Below are positions 47,892 to 53,850 of a stretch of DNA of 53,850 nt, one piece after another. Each line of letters starts with the position of its first letter. Position 1 is the first letter of the stretch. A model generated the notes under the pieces. That model did not search any database. It worked only from the letters and a program-made list of their open reading frames with translations, and had not been told where the DNA came from. The stretch is from assembly GCA_965658385.1 (NCBI GenBank), contig CBFHRY010000003.1, forward strand, positions 1,743 through 55,592, in the 5' to 3' direction. Origin of the DNA: Gammaproteobacteria bacterium (GTDB lineage Bacteria; Pseudomonadota; Gammaproteobacteria; Magnimaribacterales; D2472). A program made the translations under genes and the position numbers.

Positions 47892-47928
47892 TAGATGTCT
47901 TTTATTAATTTAGTTAAAATAATTGAAT

Positions 47929-48696
47929 ATGATTATTTTACTTTCGCCCGCTAAAACACTTGATTATTCAGTTGACTCAAAACCTAATCATACTGCACCA
48001 CAGTTTTTAAACCAATCTGCAAAGCTAATAAAAATTTTAAAAGATAAAGAACCTAAAGACATAGCTAGTTTAATGGGCTTGAGTGACAAGCTGGCAGCTC
48101 TTAATTTTGACAGGTATCAGTCATGGAAAGCATCAAAAACCCAATCCGATGACTCAAAACCATCACTTATGGTTTTCAAAGGAGATGTTTATCAAGGTCT
48201 TGAAGCAGAGACCCTTAACACACAAGATATGAAGTTTGCCCAAAAACACTTAAGAATTCTATCTGGCCTATATGGCATATTAAAACCTTTGGATGTTATA
48301 AGACCATATAGATTAGAGATGGGGACAAAACTTGAGACATCCAATGGCAAAAACTTGTATGAGTTTTGGGGAGAAAGAGTAAGAAATAATGTTTTAGAAG
48401 ACCTGACCTCACAAAAATCAGATTTAATAATTAACCTAGCATCCAAAGAGTACTTTAACGTCATGGGTAAGCTTCCCGAGCATGCAAATGTTATCGCTCC
48501 AGCTTTTAAGGATTTCAAGAATGGTAAATATAAAATAATTAGCTTCTACGCAAAAAAGGCTAGAGGCCTTATGGCAAGATGGGTAATTCAGAATAAAGTA
48601 AAAGATTTTGAAAGACTTTCAGAGTTTAATCTTGACGGATATTATTATTCTGAAGAAGATTCATCAGCGACTGAACCAGTCTTTCTAAGAGATTAA
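47929..48696 (+). CDS. yaaA: peroxide stress protein YaaA (UPF0246/DUF328)
   Basis: MIILLSPAKTLDY from the ATG at 47929 matches the YaaA N-terminus. The ORF track starts at the TTG at 47923. Confidence 0.9.
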   Translation: MIILLSPAKTLDYSVDSKPNHTAPQFLNQSAKLIKILKDKEPKDIASLMGLSDKLAALNFDRYQSWKASKTQSDDSKPSLMVFKGDVYQGLEAETLNTQDMKFAQKHLRILSGLYGILKPLDVIRPYRLEMGTKLETSNGKNLYEFWGERVRNNVLEDLTSQKSDLIINLASKEYFNVMGKLPEHANVIAPAFKDFKNGKYKIISFYAKKARGLMARWVIQNKVKDFERLSEFNLDGYYYSEEDSSATEPVFLRD

Positions 48697-49553
48697 ACCA
48701 ACTTTTCGTCTTTTTCCCAAAAAGATTTTTTAGGCTCTAGATCATCATAGTTGCCTTTAGTCTTGCTCATATAGGCTTTCATAGCTTCTTCCATATCATG
48801 ACCGCTTATTAAACTAGAGTTCCAAACCGCGTGATAGTCTAGAGCATCCTTTACGCTATGATCACGCGAGTAATTTATTTGTTTTTTTATAACTCTAGTA
48901 ACCAATGGTGACTTGCTTGCAATCTCTTTTGCAACTTTAAGCACTCCATCTTTAAGATCATCTCTAGATTCAAAAACCTTGTTAACCAGTCCAAGCTCTT
49001 TTGCTTCGTCAGCCTCAAATCTTCTTCCAGTGTAGGCAAGCTCTCTAACGACTGCCAATGGAATTAGAGACGGAAGTCTTTGTAAAGTTCCAACATCTGC
49101 AGCTATACCTATATCTACTTCAGCTATCTTAAAGAATGCATCTTCAGAACAGTACCTCATATCGCATGCAGCCACCATATCTATAGCTCCTCCAACGCAA
49201 GCTCCCTGAATTGCTGCAATTGTAGGCATCCTGCAATCTTCTAAAGCAGAGAAAGTATCTTGTAATTCTAAAACCTCGTGATAAAAAGTTTCCCTCATTC
49301 TAGCAGGGTCTTTTTTTGCCCCACCTCCTTCGCCAGACATGAAGTTTGCTAAGTCCATCCCTGCACTAAAATGCTTGCCCTGGCCAGACAAAACAATTAC
49401 TCGAGCCTTTGAATTTTTATCGATATCTCTAATAATTTCTGGTAACTCTTTCCAAAATATCCTATTCATTGCATTCAATTCATCAGGTCTAGACATTTCT
49501 AGATGAGCTATATGGTCTTTTATTTCAAGACTAAAACATTCAAAACTACTCAT
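48693..49553 (-). CDS. crotonase-family enzyme, dienoyl-CoA isomerase (ECH1)-like
   Basis: FSAGMDL motif and overall ECH1-like pattern. I prefer the ATG at 49553; the ORF track uses the TTG at 49559. Confidence 0.8.
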   Translation of the reverse strand: MSSFECFSLEIKDHIAHLEMSRPDELNAMNRIFWKELPEIIRDIDKNSKARVIVLSGQGKHFSAGMDLANFMSGEGGGAKKDPARMRETFYHEVLELQDTFSALEDCRMPTIAAIQGACVGGAIDMVAACDMRYCSEDAFFKIAEVDIGIAADVGTLQRLPSLIPLAVVRELAYTGRRFEADEAKELGLVNKVFESRDDLKDGVLKVAKEIASKSPLVTRVIKKQINYSRDHSVKDALDYHAVWNSSLISGHDMEEAMKAYMSKTKGNYDDLEPKKSFWEKDEKLV

Positions 49554-49707
49554 TTTCAATCAATTCAATAGAATTTTTGACAATCTCTCTCATTTTTTCT
49601 ACGTGTTCAAAAGTTTTATGATGAGACAAGACAACTTTTCTTTCTTCGCTTAATAAAACAAGATCTTTTTTTAATTGCTTGAGGTTATTTAATAATTCGG
49701 TGTTCAT
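49546..49707 (-). CDS. possible 53-aa coiled-coil protein (not in the ORF track)
   Basis: Hand translation: MNTELLNNLKQLKKDLVLLSEERKVVLSHHKTFEHVEKMREIVKNSIELIENE-stop. Overlaps the downstream ATG by 8 nt. Confidence 0.3.
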   Translation of the reverse strand: MNTELLNNLKQLKKDLVLLSEERKVVLSHHKTFEHVEKMREIVKNSIELIENE

Positions 49708-49752
49708 ATTTTTACTAAAAATTAATTATTAGCATTATAATGCTAGTACCTA

Positions 49753-50598
49753 ATGAAATCATTAAAGACCCATAAAATATTTACCTTTTGGTTTGCAGCA
49801 TTTTCTGTTTTATCAACATTAGCAGAAGAAGTTGATAGATCATTTCAAGAACAATCTATGCTAGGGGTCTTATTTGTTCAAACTTCCCCAGAGTTTGCAG
49901 CAAACAATATACAAACATATAAAATCGCAACTTCAAAAATAGACATTGCTTTAAATGATAAGAACTGGACAGCAGCGCTTGAGCAAGGCACTAATTTTTC
50001 AGACAAACCCACAGCGATTATTGTCGATGTTGATGAAACGGTTTTAGATAATTCAGCCCATCAAGCAAGAGCAATCTTGGGTGGTTTTTCATATCCCACT
50101 GGGTGGCTAGAATGGGGCAACGAAGCTTCCGCTCCAGCAGTTGCTGGCGTTAAAGACTTTTTGAACTATGCTGATTCAAAAGGGGTCACAATTTTCTATG
50201 TAACAAACAGAGTCTCAGAGCTAAGAAAAGCAACTATAGAGAATATTATTAAGCTAGGTCTACCATTTGATGAGAGTGCGAACCCTCTAATGATGAAAGG
50301 TGAAAATGGATGGGGTTCAGAGAAAACATCAAGAAGAACACTTATAGCAGATAATTACAGGATCATTTTAATGGTGGGAGATCAGATCACTGATTTTATT
50401 TCTTTAGAAGAATCCTCTGTTTCGATGGATGCAAGGCTCCAACTATCATCAAAATATGAAGAAATGTGGGGAGAAAAATGGTTCATGATCACAAATCCAA
50501 TGTATGGTAAGTGGGAAGGAGCAATATATAACAATATATTTCCAAGTACCAAGGAAAGAGAAAGGTTAAGACTCAAGTCACTCAATCCTAACAAATAA
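49753..50598 (+). CDS. class C acid phosphatase / 5'-nucleotidase, lipoprotein e(P4) family (HAD superfamily)
   Basis: DVDETVLDN motif, YVTNR, GDQITDF. Signal peptide present. Confidence 0.82.
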   Translation: MKSLKTHKIFTFWFAAFSVLSTLAEEVDRSFQEQSMLGVLFVQTSPEFAANNIQTYKIATSKIDIALNDKNWTAALEQGTNFSDKPTAIIVDVDETVLDNSAHQARAILGGFSYPTGWLEWGNEASAPAVAGVKDFLNYADSKGVTIFYVTNRVSELRKATIENIIKLGLPFDESANPLMMKGENGWGSEKTSRRTLIADNYRIILMVGDQITDFISLEESSVSMDARLQLSSKYEEMWGEKWFMITNPMYGKWEGAIYNNIFPSTKERERLRLKSLNPNK

Positions 50599-50603
50599 TA
50601 GAC

Positions 50604-51734
50604 ATGAGAAATAACCTTGCTGTTGTATTTATTTTCTCTTTAATGGCATGTGGTTCTTCTGTTGAGCAGATACCATATGGAAAAGAGGCCCTATCTAAAT
50701 TAGAAATAAAAGAATTTGAAGGTAGGCCAAAAAATATAATTCTGCTGATAGGGGATGGAACTGGATTAAATCAAATTACTCTTTCAAGGATGGCTATATC
50801 AGGAGCTAATTCAAGATTATATATAGATCAATTACCATATTCTGGAATTTCACTCACTCACTCAACAGACAATATTATTACCGATTCAGCTGCTGCTGCA
50901 ACCGCTTGGGCAACTGGCACTAAGACTAAAAATAAATTTATTTCTGTTACCCCTAATGAAAAAGTCCTCTCATCATTAACCGAAGTTCTCTTCACCAAGG
51001 GTTTTCTTTCTGGGGTTGTCGCAACATCATCTGTTACCCATGCTACACCAGCAGCATTTTATGCCCATGTAAATAACAGATACAAAGAAAAGGAGATTGC
51101 ATCTCAGCTTCAGAGCTCAAATATTAATATTGCTTTTGGGGGAGGGTTAAATTTTTTTGACTTAAATACAAACAATGAACAAATTAAATATATTTATGAG
51201 TTGGATGAGCTTAATAATATAAATAGTTCCTCTTCTAAGAGAATAATAGGCTTGTTTGATAATGATGGAATTCGAAGAGCATCATTCAGGCCATCCCAAC
51301 AACTCATGACAAAAAAAGCATTAGATATTCTTTCCAAAAGAACTGCTGAATGCTCTGGCTTTTTTTTAATGACTGAGGGAAGTCAAATTGACTGGGCAAG
51401 TCATGACAACGACGCAAGTAGGATGATTACTGAATTTAGAGATTTTGATTTGTCTATTAAGTCTGCAGTTGAATTTATTAACACAAAGGACGACACACTA
51501 TTAATAGTTACTGCAGACCATGAGACCGGAGGACTGCAAATTTTAAAAGAAGACAAAGATTCTGTTCACATTCAATGGGGTACTGGAAGCCATACCGGAA
51601 TACCAGTTGGTGTTTTTTCATATGGACCTGGCGCTGAGTTATTTACAGGCACGATGGATAACACGGAAATACATGCCAAAATTCTTGAGATTATCGACTT
51701 TGACTCTATCCCAGATTCTAGTTGTGAATATTAA
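50604..51734 (+). CDS. alkaline phosphatase (PhoA family), lipoprotein, short form
   Basis: Lipobox LMAC. GDGTG and TDSAAAATAWATG (active-site Ser) motifs. DHETGG. Confidence 0.88.
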   Translation: MRNNLAVVFIFSLMACGSSVEQIPYGKEALSKLEIKEFEGRPKNIILLIGDGTGLNQITLSRMAISGANSRLYIDQLPYSGISLTHSTDNIITDSAAAATAWATGTKTKNKFISVTPNEKVLSSLTEVLFTKGFLSGVVATSSVTHATPAAFYAHVNNRYKEKEIASQLQSSNINIAFGGGLNFFDLNTNNEQIKYIYELDELNNINSSSSKRIIGLFDNDGIRRASFRPSQQLMTKKALDILSKRTAECSGFFLMTEGSQIDWASHDNDASRMITEFRDFDLSIKSAVEFINTKDDTLLIVTADHETGGLQILKEDKDSVHIQWGTGSHTGIPVGVFSYGPGAELFTGTMDNTEIHAKILEIIDFDSIPDSSCEY

Positions 51735-52288
51735 ATAAGCTTAGTTATATTTTTCAGGCACGCGAGGTCATTGCTTTCATATATTACAGACTGATCAGAG
51801 GTAGGTTCAAGCACATGATATGCAGACTCTATCCCACAATTTTTTGCCATTCTAATAATACTCTTATTATCATCTAGAAATATTGACGTAGAGGGATCGA
51901 TCTTAAATTTTTTAAAAATTAGATTCCAATAGTCTTTATCTTCCTTTATAAAACCAAGATCAGTACTTGACTGACAAGCGTCAACGTATTGTAAAAAAGG
52001 AACAGAATCTGATTTAACATTCAGAAGCCTAGAATCACAATTTGTTAAAAGAATTAATTTAATATCTTTTTTGCTAAGTCTTTCTAATGTTTTTTCTACG
52101 CCAGGTAGAAAGTTGATAAGAGAAACATTTTCTAATGCAGGCTTGATCAAATCAATATTAAAAAATTTTTCCCAATAACTTAACTCATACCATGGCAAGG
52201 TGCCTTCTAAGGTCTTACCCATTGAAACTACCTCTGCTTTTGCATCATCAAATGTGACATTCTTAGCTTTTGCTACTTCAATGGGCAC
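51731..52288 (-). CDS. HAD-superfamily hydrolase (5' end uncertain)
   Basis: ORF-track coordinates (GTG at 52288). The same frame stays open upstream to 52414 and encodes the HAD motif I (KFILLDIDGVILD), so the true start is probably upstream at a non-canonical codon. Confidence 0.7.
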   Translation of the reverse strand: MPIEVAKAKNVTFDDAKAEVVSMGKTLEGTLPWYELSYWEKFFNIDLIKPALENVSLINFLPGVEKTLERLSKKDIKLILLTNCDSRLLNVKSDSVPFLQYVDACQSSTDLGFIKEDKDYWNLIFKKFKIDPSTSIFLDDNKSIIRMAKNCGIESAYHVLEPTSDQSVIYESNDLACLKNITKLI

Positions 52289-52381
52289 AAGATTTGACCA
52301 AAAGTGATTATCAAAGCACTGATCTAGGATTACTCCATCAATATCAAGTAAAATAAACTTATAGTTTTCTAGATTAATGAT

Positions 52382-53200
52382 ATGCAGGTCTCCAAAAAAT
52401 TTATTGATAGTATTTTATCCTCTTTAGAGGAAACTGTAATAAAGTCTTCATCAGCAATTATGGAAGTATATGCAAGCAATGAGCTAAATAAACTAGATAA
52501 AAAAGACGGATCTCCAGTTACTAAAGCAGATTTAGCAGCAAACAACATAATTTTAACTGATTTAAAAAAATTGACGCCTGATATACCAATCATTTCAGAA
52601 GAAACTTTTTCTAATGAAAATATTAGTCATGGTTATTCTTTATTTTGGATAGTAGATCCTCTTGATGGAACTCGCGAATTCATCAATAAATCTAATGAAT
52701 TTACAGTAAATATTGCTTTAATTGAAAACAAAACACCAATCTTTGGAATTGTTGGGGCACCAGCGCTGAATAAGCTTTGGCACGGCTCAATATTTGACAC
52801 TCAATCAATTAATAGTTTTGATGAAGATGCTCCTATTAGAGTGGTTATGAGTAAAAGTCATAAAACAGAAACTGATGAATTATTTCTTGATCATTTAAGG
52901 GATAAAAACTTCAATTTCGAACTTGTTGAGCGTGGTAGCTCTCTTAAAATATGCTCTCTTGCTGATGACCAGGCTGATTTTTATCCAAGGTTTGGCCCCA
53001 CCTCTGAATGGGATATAGCCGCAGCTGATGCTTTTCTAAGAAGCAGGGGTGGGGAAATATTAAAAGCATGCAACTTCACCTCTTTAGAGTATGGAAAACC
53101 TGATTCAATCTTAAATCCATTCTTCTTTTGTTTTAGAAATGAACTGGTCAAACAAAAAATTATGCCAATATTAGGTGAATTTAATAAAAAATTGCTATAA
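52382..53200 (+). CDS. cysQ: 3'(2'),5'-bisphosphate nucleotidase
   Basis: Inositol-monophosphatase fold motifs EE(T), WIVDPLDGTREF and WD.AA. Confidence 0.85.
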   Translation: MQVSKKFIDSILSSLEETVIKSSSAIMEVYASNELNKLDKKDGSPVTKADLAANNIILTDLKKLTPDIPIISEETFSNENISHGYSLFWIVDPLDGTREFINKSNEFTVNIALIENKTPIFGIVGAPALNKLWHGSIFDTQSINSFDEDAPIRVVMSKSHKTETDELFLDHLRDKNFNFELVERGSSLKICSLADDQADFYPRFGPTSEWDIAAADAFLRSRGGEILKACNFTSLEYGKPDSILNPFFFCFRNELVKQKIMPILGEFNKKLL

Positions 53201-53251
53201 TATTCAGTTCGATATAAATTATCGATATAATATAATATAAGTTTTAAATAT

Positions 53252-53850
53252 ATGGGAACTAGTTTACAGACAATTAATCTAACAACGCCAGGTAAGGATA
53301 TAGAATCTTATCTTGCCACTGTGCATTCAATTCCTATTTTGACTAAAGAGCAAGAACAAGATCTTGCATACAAGCTTTATGATGAAGATGACCTTGATGC
53401 TGCAAGACAGCTAGTGCTCCATCACCTTAGATTTGTTGTGCATATTGCTAGATCATATCAAGGTTACGGCCTGCCTCTAGCAGATATCATTCAGGAAGGT
53501 AACGTTGGTCTTATGAAGGCGGTTGATAAGTTTGATCCAAACAAGGGCGTTAAAGTGGTATCTTTTGCAGTGCATTGGATTAAAGCTGAAATCCATGAAT
53601 ACATATTAAGAAATTGGAGACTGGTCAAGATTGCAACAACCAAGGCGCAAAGAAAGTTATTTTTTAATCTAAGAAGCAAAAAAAAGTCACTAGAGTGGCT
53701 AACTAAAGATGAAGCAGAAAAAATTGCAAATGACTTAAATGTTGAAGTAAAAGATGTGCTTCACATGGAAAACAGGCTTTCTTCAACAGATGCTGCTTTT
53801 GATAGCCCATCCTCAACTAACGATGATGAGGAAATGATGTCTCCTGCTCA
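53252..53850 (+). CDS. rpoH: RNA polymerase sigma-32 factor, N-terminal 199 codons (runs off the window, so it is absent from the ORF track)
   Basis: Hand translation: [39 protein letters not shown]...[33 protein letters not shown]...QRKLFFNLR (RpoH box). No stop before 53850. Confidence 0.93.
   Translation, partial: MGTSLQTINLTTPGKDIESYLATVHSIPILTKEQEQDLAYKLYDEDDLDAARQLVLHHLRFVVHIARSYQGYGLPLADIIQEGNVGLMKAVDKFDPNKGVKVVSFAVHWIKAEIHEYILRNWRLVKIATTKAQRKLFFNLRSKKKSLEWLTKDEAEKIANDLNVEVKDVLHMENRLSSTDAAFDSPSSTNDDEEMMSPA

Noticed and set aside
53491-53679. 62-aa minus-strand ORF near the window end
   Set aside because: It lies antisense within the clearly recognisable rpoH coding sequence.

Overview
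AT-rich bacterial chromosomal window with about 70 coding regions. I found no rRNA, tRNA or CRISPR array by eye. It opens in the F1Fo ATP synthase operon (end of atpB, then atpEFHAGDC), followed by glmU-glmS. This synteny is typical of Gammaproteobacteria; a streamlined marine lineage is only my inference from composition. The rest mixes housekeeping genes (typA, uvrD, lipB-lipA, yaaA, cysQ, 5' part of rpoH, a split TRAP transporter) with many accessory oxidoreductase, detoxification and envelope genes. These include CotH-family lipoprotein, FMO, VOC proteins, a PIF1-like helicase, a beta-lactamase-fold hydrolase, a DUF962/hydroxylase/DUF3445 trio, an ALDH7 plus saccharopine-dehydrogenase pair, DUF885, and two phosphatases. 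The most unusual structure lies directly downstream of glmS (about 8.8-10.7 kb). The last 19 nt of glmS recur four times as direct repeats, and every copy keeps an in-frame S-[V/M]-T-V-E-stop. These repeats delimit three small segments bounded by 17-bp terminal inverted repeats. Two segments are about 0.8 kb and each carries a small XRE-type HTH regulator, a membrane protein and a conserved palindromic operator region. The third is about 245 bp and carries a 59-aa membrane ORF that is missing from the ORF track. A third HTH plus membrane module at 25.1-25.8 kb is bracketed by a perfect 14-bp inverted repeat, one arm of which supplies the last codons of the neighbouring gene. No integrase or transposase is visible in the window. 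I interpret this as a stack of miniature cassettes that target gene 3' ends and are mobilised in trans. That is a hypothesis, not a demonstrated system.
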